From contig NC_134034.1 of assembly GCF_964204645.1 (NCBI RefSeq), positions 4,934,914-4,998,913 of the forward strand: DNA of 64,000 bases, read 5' to 3'. The stretch comes from Tubulanus polymorphus (lineage: Eukaryota > Animalia > Nemertea). Of the stretch, positions 13,055 to 25,034 are shown piece by piece. The notes beneath the pieces were generated by a model. It was not told the DNA's origin. It did not search any database and was given only the letters and a program-made list of their open reading frames with translations. The first letter of the stretch is position 1; every line of letters begins with the position of its first letter. The position numbers and the translations under genes are program-made.

Positions 13055-14817
13055 ATGGAGCTTATGTCACTTTGTATGTGGATGCTGTTCCTACAGGTTT
13101 TACATAATCGACAACGTAGGCAGGCTTATCGACTAAGGACTTTGAAAAAACGGAAGAGACGTATTATTCAATTCAGAAGACGGCAACTGCAGCAACGACA
13201 AGAAGTTATTAACTTTTTCATGATGAAATTTGACCAAGCTGACCTAAGGAAAGGGCGAATTTGGAGTTTTCCTAAGAGTTCTGATCTGTGGGATAATATA
13301 ATGGCCTATTGGACAGATGAACGTTGGTTAGAGAACTTTAGAATGACAAGAAATACATTTCAGGTAGGTCTTGCCTGGGGATCATAAAGATGTAAGAAAG
13401 CAATCTCAATCTCAATAGCTGAATACAGTGGCGACGGAACCGCCGTGGCAGTTTTTTCCCTAATAACCATTTTCTTTTAACATCGAATTTACTTTGGCCT
13501 CATCATAGACATATTTATTCCTTACAAATAAAAACTGTTCCAGATACTCGAAAAATGCTTCAAATTTTCTAAATTTTCTTGGGGGAGGACCCCCAAACCT
13601 CCCTCATGGGCCTTCGCACCTTCGGTGCTCGCTCGTCGGGTTAAGAGGCATTGTTTCTGATGAAGTATGTAAATTTGTCTTTAGCACCCCCCGAAGTATA
13701 TGTTTACACCCCCTCCCCCCAAAAAGCGTACATACTATTTGGACACTCCCATACCTTGCTGTCAAAGTGACGGATAGGTGCAGAAAATTGCTCAAATATG
13801 AAGATAGATTTATTGCCTTATTTTTCAATATCACTAAAAGTAACTAATCCTTATATTTTACAGTATATCTGCCAGAGTCTGTCAGGAAAACTACAGAAGA
13901 TGAATACCACTATGAGAGAACCTTTATCAGTTGAAAAGCGAGTAGCTATAACTATCTGGAGACTGGCAACTGGTGCCGATTACCGAACAATTTGTTACAT
14001 TTTTGGTGTAGGTCGGAGTACAGTGGGCGGTGTTGTTCTTGAAGTGACTGAAGCAATTGCAACTAATCTTGGTCATGAGTGGATAAAAATCCCAACGGGT
14101 GATGACTTATTGGAAAACGTTCAAACGTTTGAAGGAGTTATGGGTTTTCCCCAGTGTTTTGGAGCTATCGATGGTACCCATATACCAATAATCGCGCCAA
14201 CTGATACTCCAAAAGATTATTATAATCGCAAGGGATATTTCAGTCTAAACGTGCAAGCTTTGGTTGACAGCAGTTACAGGTTCATTGATGTTGTTATCGG
14301 ATGGCCAGGCAGTGTACATGATGCCAGAATCCTTGGTAACTGTACATTGTATGACAACGCAGAACGTTGCATACTTGTTCCGAATACAAAACGACGCATA
14401 AATGGCATTGATATTCCTCTAATGATCTTAGGTGACCCTGCTTATCCATTACTTCCATGGCTTATGAAGCCCTATTCTGATAACGGATTATTAACAAAAT
14501 CTCAACATAACTTTAACTACCGTCTTAGTCGTGCTAGAATGGTTGTGGAAAATGCATTTGGCAGACTAAAAGGCAGGTGGCGCATTCTCTTGAAACGTCT
14601 GGATAATAAACTTGAATATGTTCCGAATGTTATTTTGTCATGTTGTGTTCTTCACAACATCTGTGAAACCTATAAAGAGTTATTCGACCAGCAATTGCAA
14701 GAAAATTTGGTGGAAATGCGTGAAGAGCCTGTGGCTAGAGTTTGCAATACAAATGTTGAAGAAGCTGGTGATATTCGTCGAGCTCTAGAAAATTATTTTT
14801 ATTTCCGGGGTAATTAA
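13055..14817 (+). CDS. Harbinger/PIF DDE transposase; 2 exons (13055-13363, 13864-14817), 420 aa, open
   Basis: W..NFRMTRNTFQ|YIC joined across a CAG/gtaggt...ttttacag intron. GAIDGTHI, YYNRKG, WPGSVHDARI, LGDPAYPL and VENAFGRLKGRWR motifs. Confidence 0.92.
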
Positions 14818-15558
14818 CTCTGGGTACATGAGCTATTTTAATGCAAGAATTTAAGTTGAAGTTAGTTGCAAGAATTTAAGTTGAAGTTAGTTGTCCATCG
14901 TGCATTTTGTCTAGTTGTAGTTATAGTTTGATATAAAAGTGACAGCTCCTTAATTGCAATTTGAAATCTGCTTTAACTAATTAACAGTTTTTGTGCTCTT
15001 AATCGGACACGGTAGGCTGGTATTGTGTGTTATGATATAGAAATTGAATAGTTTGTGATGCACACGCCTACAAAAAATAATGAAAATTGAAATTTGTTTT
15101 TTTATACATTGTAGTTTTCGTAATTTTTATACTAATGGCTAATCAAACGTGTTAATTACTGGATGATCAATGATTTCTTAGCCAATCGAATTTGGCTAAT
15201 GTTTTTATTACTGAGAGAGTTTTAGGATTTCAAAAGCGTTGTTTCGTATATAGATGAAAAATGATTACAGTATTATTGTTTTAAGTTGTGTAATGGAATC
15301 AAAATTGGATTAATTTCAAATAAAGCTGGTGACTAGAATAAAATTATTGAATAGATTACTTTATTTCCTCCATGAAGGCATAAAATAGAGTGGCTTGGCG
15401 CTTTGATTAATAAATGAGTTTTTACTCTGTGACCATGTGACCAGGGCTCCAAATTGAAAATTATGAGCTATCCCACCCAGATAATAATTTTCGAGTCACT
15501 CAAAAAAGAAAGTAACCAAGCCTACAGAGAATTGACGCACCAGAAGATATACTCTGGT

Positions 15559-16112
15559 CAGGCCTGTACATAGAGGGGGTTCGGACAAACCCCCTTTTGT
15601 GGTGCCCTTTTTCGAATTTTTGACGTCCGAAAATGTTCTCAAATTTTTTCTCAGAAATTTCATCTCCAAAGAAATAAGGGCACATGTTGTCGTCCCTATC
15701 AATCACAAAAGTAGAAAAGAGCATGCACATTTTTACAAGACAAGGAGATAGTTTTCAACAAAAAGGTTTCCATGTTTATTCCCTGGAAACTACATCTCAA
15801 TGCAGTAAATTTCCTACAAAGCAATTTGCATCAGGACTTCATTTGTTGCTTGGAAATTGAACCATAAAGCAGTAATTTTTCTGGGGGAGGACCCACTCAT
15901 AAATGCCCTTCTTTTATAAGTTGTGTTCCCAGTTCCCAGTAGTCCCTGGATCCACCCATTGCAGGAAATTGATCTAAAAACAGGTAAAATATCAAAATTT
16001 TCTCACCTGGTCCGGGTACCGCCACACCATATTGGATGCCTTTTTTGGTGACATTGCCCTTCCTCCTCCCCCCAAGTAGAACCCCCCTAAAATAATCCTG
16101 TCTACGGGCCTG
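15559..16112. mobile_element. Small MITE-like insert with apparent 5-bp TSD
   Basis: Ends caggcctgtaca / tctacgggcctg; ctggt on both flanks. Confidence 0.5.
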
Positions 16113-16745
16113 CTGGTATCCAGTTGGGATATAGAGATGAACCATTCGAGTATCCCCTGGGTCCTTGGACACTGCCTATTTATAGCGGAAAAAAATCGTG
16201 ATGGGTTACTTCAGAGGAATAAGCCAGAAAAATTTGTGTAGGCAGTCGGATCTCTTTGGGCCGAAGGCTCACCAACCCAAAAAGTCAGGTTTTGAGAAAG
16301 TCACAAATATAGGAAAAACAACATAATTTGATAAAAAACTTTTTTTTCAAATCATCTTTGTTACATTACAAAAGATACATTATCAAACAGATACCTGAAT
16401 GAATACAATTTTTTTAAAAATTTTCCAGCAGATAGGAACCTAAACTAGGGGTCCATGGACCTCTTGCCCCATTGAGAGTGTAAGACCCATGAATATTGCA
16501 ATTAGGAAATTAACTGATTTCTACAGTGGTTTACTAGCAGTCTATTTTTGCAACTGCGAAATACAAGTGTGCAAGAAAAAAAAACTTTCAAAGCAGCAAC
16601 ATAAAATTTCAAGTTTCATAACTAATAATAATAATTCTAACTTTTTTTGGTTTGATTGCCATGATAAAATTCATTTAAAAAGTAACATTAATACGCCTAA
16701 ACTGAACTACTTCGACTTTTATTGCTAAACTAACTAATTCCATAT

Positions 16746-17282
16746 GAGTAAAATCCCACAATAAATGAATTAAATGTTTATCTAAAACATATAAGAAATA
16801 TTTCGGGTGGTTACTACCACCCTTCTTCAGTCTAAAATGACTTGCCAAATATACACACAGTATTAATGAAATAGGACGCGAATCGCTGCACATTACGTTA
16901 TGGGGACTAGAGCACTGACATATCTTGAAAGAAGTTTATTATGGGGGCCGAAACCATTATTAAAGAATGATCGGAATGAGTGTTAAATCAAAGCAGATTC
17001 AAATATATGTCGTTTAGTGCGACTATTGTTGGGAAAAATAATATTGGCTCCAGAAAAATCAAAATTATGTCCGGTAACCAATGAATGAGAGACTACCCCA
17101 CTTTCTAATTTAACCCCATTGAATACAACCCGTTTCCCCACCTATTTCATGTATTAATACTGTGTGTGTATTTGGCAAGTCATTTTAGACTGAAGAAGGG
17201 TGGTAGTAACCACCCGAAATATTTCTCATATGTTTTAAATAAACATTTTATCATTTAATCCATTTATTGTGGGATTTTACTC
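16746..17282. mobile_element. MITE with ~120-bp TIRs, GAG...CTC ends and ATAT TSD (Sola2-like)
   Basis: gagtaaaatcccacaataaatg...cacacagtattaat is mirrored at ~17153-17282; atat lies on both flanks. Confidence 0.8.
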
Positions 17283-17328
17283 ATATCGTTTTATCACGGA
17301 TATTGTGATCTCAAATTGACTCATTTAA

Positions 17329-17758
17329 CTAATTCCAGCTGTTAAGGGAGTGTTTTATAAATGAGAAAGCAGAAGGGCGTTCATCATTATTGGATGGAAG
17401 TTCAGGTGCTGCTGTTGTATTCTGTAATAAGGAATCAGTTGTTTCCGGCCTCCATTGTGCCCTTGATGGGCTTGCATACTGACGAGGTTCTAGAATTTGA
17501 TAATTATTCATTGGCGGTTCCATGGCTCCTAACTGTGGTCCAAACGGCTGTTGCATATAATTACTTTGCCCAAACATACCACTCATGAGCTGAAATATTT
17601 TCAGTTCATGAGCCCTATCCTCTCTACGCATGCGTTCCTCTTTTTCACGCTCTTCTTTTCGCATTTGTTCTTCAAAAATTTCTCATCTGACCGCTGTTGA
17701 AACTGAAGAAATGATTCAAACAGTTCACCTTGGCGGGTGAGCTTCTTCTTTGGAGGTG
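17329..17758 (-). pseudogene. Last exon of the Harbinger second (Myb/SANT-type partner) gene
   Basis: Convergent to the transposase; ttttcag acceptor, then PPKKKLTR...MRKEEREKEERMRREDRAHELKIFQLM, a charged coiled coil typical of these partners. Frameshifted; the Myb domain itself is not visible. Confidence 0.6.
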
Positions 17759-20700
17759 CTGAAAAATTGAAAAACTCGTGACATATACTTAAACCACTTA
17801 TAGTACAATGTCCATACAAAATTATAGAATTCGTACAGATATGGACACCCAGAATTCCATGATCCACGCTGATCAATCACAAAGGTGCACCAGGGGCCCT
17901 CCCCCAGAAAATGGATTTTTCCAAACTGTGAGATCGATTAGTGAATCTGGACATGATATATTGTGAGAGGAAATAACATGAATCACCATATTCATCAACT
18001 AAAACAATTGATATAGATTGATATAGATTCAATCATATCCGCATTCTAAAAGAGATGAAAATAAGTTTCACCAAACTCGGGGAAGAGGAATGTGAAATAT
18101 GTATCGAATACAAGAAGCATCGATGCAGTATGGAAGATTGTCAGATATGTCAATTCCATGAAAAGCACCAAGATTGTGTGAAAGAAGCAAGAAGTATGTA
18201 TAAGAATGATGCCAGTTAAATGTATGATGGTGAAACTATGATTGTATCCGCTGATTTAGAAAAGGTTATAATGTTACCCCGGTTACCTGGTGTGAAGACA
18301 GCTCTGTTTACAAGACGACTGGTTGCCTTCAACGAGACTTTTGCACCACTTGGAGCAAATTATTCGAGTATGAAACCTACAGGTGTGATTTGGACAGAGG
18401 CAGTAAGTGGAAGAAATGTCGAAGATATTGCCAGTTGTTTCGTCAAATTCCTGAGATCATCCCCGTGCCGAGATACGGAAAATATTATCATTTACTGTGA
18501 CAACTGTAGTGGTCAGAATAAGAATTGGACCCTATATAGTGCTCTGTGTAGAGAGGTTAATATGAATGACGAAAACAAAACTGTAGTCTTGAAATACCTT
18601 GAGAAAGGTCACACATTTATGAGTACGGATACATTCCACAGTAAAGTTGAGAGAGAAATGAAAAGGCGAAAAAATGTATATGATTTAGACGATTACAAAT
18701 CAGTCATTGAAAAAAATGGCACTGCTATCGTCATGCAACATACCGAATGTCCAGTGGAAGATATACTTTGAAACCACACTTAGCAGCGGTTAAATCGTTA
18801 TGTTTAAAGCTGGATCGACTAAGATTTTCTGGAAAGAATCCTACAACTCAGTAGAATATAATGAGCGAGTTTCTGAAAAAAAAAGGTTGCTGCCATGATC
18901 CTTAACCGCCAAAATATGTATCAGCATCGTGAAAATGACAGGGGTATACCAGGTCCAAAGAAACAGGATATTTGCTCAAAACTATGTCCACTTATACCGA
19001 TGAATAGAAGGTCGTATTGGGAAAACTTAGCCATCAATGATAGTTCTCGCGACTTGATAAGTCAATATGAATAGACTAAAGAGCATGATTAAGCATAGGC
19101 TAATAATTATGAGTTTTGTTTACAAAGTTTGTATTCGTTATATTAGAATAATACATACATTGCAATGTTACTGTTTATTGCACCGTTGTTCGGATCAATC
19201 GAAATATAGGGGATACTGTAGATCCACGAATTTAAAAATGAGATTTTATGTTAAACGTCCTTAGATCGACTTATCTGAAATAGATTGTCATAATTTGTTA
19301 GGTATACTTGGGATAAATTTTTTCATCATTATACATCAATTATGAATAATAATGAAATTTGTTTTTGATATTGAATTTTCAGTCTGATGTGTCCATTAAC
19401 TTCCTTTTGTTAAAGAAAATGGCCCTGTAAAAAGTGTTTTTATGATCGATTATACGACAGAAGGAAGTAAGTTGACGTACTTTGTTAAATATGCCAGATA
19501 TTTAAACGATATTTTCTGACATAAAGAAGTATATCAAAAACTACCAGAATCCTGCATAAATTACGGAAATAACTTCATATATAGGTACTAGGGGGATACT
19601 TAAACACTATGAGGTATAATTCTTAATGTTCTGTGATTTTTTAGTTTGGAGGGGCAATGGTTTTTAACGAAAAATCTTTCACGCCAAATTTCTCAAAACA
19701 GTACACAAGGAACATACACCCTTTTGTCAGAAATGGGCAGAATTGTTCTATCAGTCGGCAATTAATGGCCAAAGAATTATTTTCAGTGAACAACAATTGC
19801 TGAGCAATCTCCTGGAGATTATCCGATTAAATCCAGTACAATTAGAGGACAGTGAAATAAGCCCAGACACCGAAAACCAGGTAAGAATCAAACCAACATC
19901 AGCTCGTCAAGTATCACACGAAGCACAGAAAAAGAAATTAGCCGAGAAACTCATGCAAGCACGTGACAAGCGGAAAATAGCAATAAGCAACAAGCGGAAA
20001 TTGCCTTTTTATTCCGCTGATACCCAGCTTCTTGTCGGCCTAAAAATTCAACATCGCTTCAAAGTGGATAGTGAGCTTGCTTGGTTTGATGGAGTTGTCA
20101 CTCAAATAGCCAGGTATCATGATGACCCCCTTAAAACATTATTTGTGGTCGGATATGATGATGATGACAACGACGATGAGGGTGACTGGGAATTTCCACT
20201 GCTGAAAGACCTAAGTATTGGTGACCTTATTGTACTGGATGGCGACAAAAGAAGTGCTGTCTATTCGTGTACCAATTCACGAATGTTTTGTTTAATGAAA
20301 AATAGTCATTTAATTCTAGTCATATGAATTCTTTCCTTTCTAGTCAAATGAATGCTGGTCATTCTAGTCCATCAAATGCTGGTCATTCTAGTCAAATTAA
20401 TTCTAGTCAAAAGAATTCTATTTACATTCTCACTGTTCATATATTATTTATCACTTTAGTTATTCATGCATTGCTAGTCATATCCATTTGCATGAATTTT
20501 GTTATTTCCTTTAACAATCAATGTTTTAGCAGTAACTTATACATTTTCTTCATTTCAGAACCTAGATATTCTATAAATCAATATTACTTTTTGCATGATT
20601 TAATGTCACTGCTAACAACACATTCAGTTATATTTTATTTTCATATATAGGTTCAACTGTAGTGGCCCGGGTGTAAGTATAAACTACCTAGAGTATGGTG

Positions 20701-21577
20701 GGCTCCCACCGTACTGCTCGGGCAGATTTGAAGAAAAAAAAATCTCTCTTTTAATTCTAGGTTCATTCGTATTCATTTGAAAAAAAGTCGATTTAATTGT
20801 GATTCGATTTCTTTTCTGTATCAATAAACAAATCAATTTTAGCAATTAATCAATTATCAATTTTACTCATTACATTCATTTTTTTGTGTTTACTTGATCC
20901 ATTAACAAAAGGCCTACATTTTTCGATTTAATTGTGATTCGATTTCTTTTATGTCAATAAATTAATTTGTAAGATTATATTTATTCACTTTTTTAAAAAT
21001 ACTTGACTAATTAATCTCTTTCAAATATGGTTCGACCTGTGATACTGTGGTGTCCTGGGTGTGGAGTATAAACTACCTGGAGTATGGTGGGCTCCCACTG
21101 TACTGCTTGGGCCCTAAGTATCTCGATCTGGACCTGTCCTTATTTGATTTCTTAAAAAATACTGTGACTATTTTTGCAATGGGAATTTTTGCTTTTTCTA
21201 TGTTCAGTGGCTGTGATAATAATGTGGATAGTTCTGTGATATATGCTCTAATCAATAATTACCGTGCTCGCTGCTAATGCTATGGCCTTTTTTGATGATT
21301 TTTGTATATCCCTAATTGATGTATATTCCGAATTAAGTTAGATTTGTGTGTTATTGTGTTTAATAGGAACCAAAAAACAAAACAAAATTGATAAAATTAG
21401 AAAAAAAACCCCAAAAATTTTATTTGAATTTAGTTGTTTGATTTTTTTATCGGGAGAACTTACTTGAGAAGCATAGGTTAGGTTAGCTTAGGATAGGTTA
21501 AGTTAGGTGTACAGCGGCATATCCAGCAGCCTGTAATATCAGATGTTGATAATACCATTGGATATTACAGGTTGCTC

Positions 21578-21642
21578 GACATGTCTGCAACCACTCAACT
21601 TAGATAGTTGCACTGATGAGTCCTCGAGGGACGAAACATGTC
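21578..21642 (+). ncRNA. Type III hammerhead ribozyme upstream of TatD (copy A)
   Basis: gacatGTC^tgcaac-loop-gttgca-CTGATGA-gtcc-tcgag-ggac-GAA-acatgtc. Core is canonical and stems I-III are perfect; cleavage predicted after 21585. Confidence 0.93.
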
Positions 21643-21710
21643 AATAGTATTTATAAAAATCCTTCTTTTCTCTTTTAGGTCAGGAGCCCTTAGTTTAGAC
21701 TGTTTGCATC

Positions 21711-22603
21711 ATGTATCGAGTTATCAGATCGGGCTGGTGTGAATCTGCTTTAAACAGCGAAGTGTGTGTTCGTAGGCGGTGTGGAATGAGACACTTGGGC
21801 CGGCAGATGTGTCTATTTGACAGCCATTGTCATTTAGACATTCTGCAGACAAGGCACGGCTTGTCCTTGTCGGGGTGTAGCCTACCAAGCTGTTTCCGGG
21901 GCTGCGTTACTGTGTTCTGCCATCCTTCCAGGTATAAACTACTTGAGAAGTTGGTGAACCAGGACAATGTCTGGGCAGCCGTGGGTTTGCACCCCAAGTG
22001 TGCGGATGGTTACCGTGAGGCGCTTCCTCGCATCAAGCGGATGCTGGAGGCCTCCCCAAAAGTGGTGGCTCTTGGGGAGTGTGGCTTGGACTACAGTGTT
22101 CCAAGCCCTCGGAGGTGTGAACAGCGCGAGGTGTTCACGGAGTTGCGTCGCTTGGCCGTACGGAGGGGGAAGATTTTGGTTGTGCACACGAGGGAGAGAG
22201 ATGCTGTACGTGACTGTTTTGCAATTATGCAACAGGAATTGCCACGCTCTCACCCGGTGCACATGCATTGTTTCCCGGAAGGATGGGTCTCTGCAAAACC
22301 CTACCGAGATTATTTTACTAATTTGTGTTTTGGAGTTACAGGTATGGTAACGGACCCCCGGCAAAACTAAGGGGTTCGTGATCTAATCCGCAATGTTTCT
22401 CTTCACAGGTTATTGCTAGAGACTGATGCACCGTATTTGCCGCCGAAAACAATGCCGGACTACCGACTTACCCATCCTGGTCATGTTTTTACCAGGCTCT
22501 GGCTGTAGCTGACATAAAACAATTGTCAGTTACAGAAGTAGGAGTCCGTACATATGAAAACGCGGTAAAACTCTATGGTTTACCAGCACTTACTGAACAC
22601 TAG
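21711..22603 (+). pseudogene. tatD: TatD-family nuclease, copy A (premature TAA at 22368 and a 1-nt deletion at ~22488)
   Basis: DSHCHLD, AVGLHP, LGECGLDY, VVHTRE, HMHCF, and LLETDAPYL after the stop; near-identical to the intact copy B gene. Confidence 0.92.
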
Positions 22604-22788
22604 TTGAGTGGTGTAATGATGATTGTGTAAGAACATATACTACTTTCAGGCGGCAGATATTTGAGTGTGCTCTATCTCTTAGCAAATGTAATACATTAAA
22701 AATGGCTCAGGAATCAAGACAGGTGATCTCATCTATTAAATGTTTATTTCTGTTCCAGACAAGCCTCCTCCGATGATGGATTGAACCG

Positions 22789-22873
22789 ATGCATGTATGT
22801 AGCTACTAATTTTACACTTTAGTTTTCTATTAGCGAGCTGCACTGATGATTCCTGGATGGATGAAACATGCAT
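22789..22873 (+). ncRNA. Type III hammerhead ribozyme downstream of TatD (copy A), U.U-closed stem II variant
   Basis: atgcatGTA^tgtagct...agctgca-CTGATGA-t-tcc-tggat-gga-t-GAA-acatgcat; 8-bp stem III and 7-bp stem I; cleavage predicted after 22797. Confidence 0.8.
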
Positions 22874-25034
22874 TGGATCATTCCAGTTAACATAAGCTGT
22901 AAAAACCTGAAACGACTAAAAATATACATTAGTATATAAGATATCGTCAAAACACAGGCGTTATGGATTTTGGTCACGTGGTCACATTTCCCAATTTTAA
23001 AGAGGAATCTCAAGGAATGTAAGGTAGACACATTCTTTATTTACCTAAAACCGCCATAAGATTCTACTAGGTAAATTCATGTTAAGGTAATGCCCAGTGA
23101 AAGGAAGATATTCAAATACTGGTCGGTTTGATACCCATCATGACATAATTTGTTACGATCGCATCAAGCACATTGTTACCATGGCAACAATATAGGCGGC
23201 CATTTTACTTTTTCAAAATGGCGGACATCCTTATCGTCGTGGCAACTTTTTATATCCTATCGGTTGTTATTGAATGAATTCTGGTTGATTTGATACCTAT
23301 CATGGCATACTTTGCTACAAGTGGATGGAGGAATTACTGTCATGGCAACAATGTTTTCGGCCATTTTACTTTTTTCAAAATGGCGGACACCATTGTTATC
23401 ATTACAACTTTTTACCTCCCATCGGTTGTTATTGAATCCATTCTTGTCGGTTTGATACCAATCATGGCATACTTCATATCTAATCACGTTATTGCCGCGT
23501 TTGGCAGCCATATTGGATTTCAATATGGCCGCCGTTACTATTATATGGTTTCCACGGCAACTCTTTTCTCTTTTTTGTAAGATGTTATTATTTTTATGTC
23601 AGATCATGTATAATGATACTCTGGATCTGAAAATAACGTTAATATTGTCATTTTTCTCAATATTGCATATAAGCTGCTTAATTAATTATGCGCTTAATTA
23701 ATTATGCAAATTAGACTAATTAACATAATGATTAATTAGTTTTAACATCATCATTTTAAATAAGACTTTGGTCCTTAGGTCCTCTGTGAATTTGGTAACC
23801 ATTGCATCAAAATTCCAAAAGATATAACCATTTACATATGAATATCCTATTTCATTCAGCTCAAAAACAGCCAATTTGGTCACCATTTGACCTCTTGACC
23901 TTTAATTCATTTCTCATGAAGACTTTGAAGGCTGGAAAGTGTACGACTAATTCCTTCATAACTTTTGAACCGCTTGACCGATTTTGGTTCTGTAAATTGC
24001 TATGATCTTATATTCAACCCTTCTTTCACATATGCCTTTGAAATTGTTTCTGTAGTGTTTAGAAAATTTTCACTTGAAAACCCTACTTAAAAGCAGCAAA
24101 ACCTTGACACTTGCTGTCTGACTCTTTAATTGAAAATGAACTAAAGTGTAATGCGCAATCACATGACAAAAATACCCAAATTTTCCGCCCTTCAATTGCT
24201 TATAACTTTTGAACCGCTTGACCGGTTTTGATTCTGTAAATTGCTGTAGGCTATGTAGGGTTTTCAGATCACGTGACCAAAATCGGCCATAGCGCCGGGA
24301 AACCTCCACTTCAAATTTGTTTTGCTCTATAAAAACTATATTTTTAATTGAAAGTATATGAATTGTGTTTTTAAATAAAGATATTAATGATAAAAAACGA
24401 TGTTGAAAATATTACATTGATCCGAAACATATTCGCCGAGATATTAGCAGCTGAGTCGGGAGCGCGCTGTAAATTTGAACACTAGCAGGTGCGCGCTCTA
24501 TATTTCGCCATATTTAGGTGCGCGGAGACTAAGGCATGCTCCCATAAAAGCCTCCACTGCAGCGACGGACGCCATACTAGTAAGATGCAAACCCCGTAGC
24601 GTTCTTCTCGACTTTCGTAAGTTTCGTCTGCTATGCCGTACTAGTTTTCGGAGCGAATATTCCAGATTTTATGACTATTTAAACTTTTTGGAGCGATAAA
24701 AAACACAGATAAGCAATATTTATCAATAAGTTCTCTCCCCCAGGCCTAAAAATTAAGTAGATTTAGGATTTATTTCAATAGGAATTTTAGCGATAGAAAT
24801 TCGATCGGCTCTCGACTTTTGACCTAAACTTGGCTCATTCCTGGAAATTCCGCCGCTCGGTCGCGCTAATCTACTTCCGGTTCACTTCCCGGTTCGCGTA
24901 ATCTTTGTTTACATTCGTTTTAGCCCCTTGTTTTGTCCTTTTTACGTCGTTTTTGTTAGAATATCGCCCTGAAATCGTTTGTATATATCTATTTTATTGT
25001 TATTGACTGTTATTGTTAACTTATAAGGTAAATC

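Larger units (their letters stand above)
12827..18039 (+). mobile_element. PIF/Harbinger transposon; right end lost
   Basis: Begins ggcccatctacacgg after TAA, exactly where the Sola1 frame breaks. Contains a transposase (+) and a convergent second gene (-). No right TIR is seen before the Sola1 frame resumes at ~18040. Confidence 0.8.
12042..19070 (+). pseudogene. Sola1 DDD transposase (pieces ~12042-12826 and ~18040-19070), disrupted by Harbinger
   Basis: VCQTFFLQTLG, SHYRREHAP, SFTKLGEEECEIC, ADLEKVIMLP, WTEAVSGR, CDNCSGQNKN and YLEKGHTFMSTDTFH motifs; contains stops. Confidence 0.88.
11320..19740 (+). mobile_element. Sola1 DNA transposon
   Basis: 26-bp TIRs ctgcccatttctgacaaaa(t/g)ggtgta; 4-bp AATT TSD at 11316-11319 and 19741-19744, matching the AWWT preference of Sola1. 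The empty site is visible in copy B at ~26840. Confidence 0.92.
8468..20247 (+). pseudogene. hAT-type transposase of copy A (~1100 aa when reassembled; 8468-11319 plus 19745-20247), split by Sola1
   Basis: MATNQQ start, coiled coil, HGDGT, MSDQG, FCKMH, GNRFNILFYDG, SNVISERDFA and a C-terminal Spin/Ssty-like domain. Contains multiple stops and frameshifts. Confidence 0.88.
5317..24085 (+). mobile_element. hATw-like DNA transposon copy A (transposase plus ribozyme-flanked TatD) with nested insertions
   Basis: TIRs tagggttttca / tgaaaacccta; 7-bp TSD cttaaaa at 5310-5316 and 24086-24092; collinear with copy B. Confidence 0.92.

Noticed and set aside
21045-21112. Hairpin-ribozyme or HDV-like ribozyme assignment for the conserved GC motif
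   Set aside because: gtcctg and gtata..tacctgg resemble hairpin-ribozyme strands, but the AGAA and AGAAAC partner strands are absent. The pseudoknot order is HDV-like, but there is no P3/L3 or J4/2 catalytic C strand. Left unclassified.
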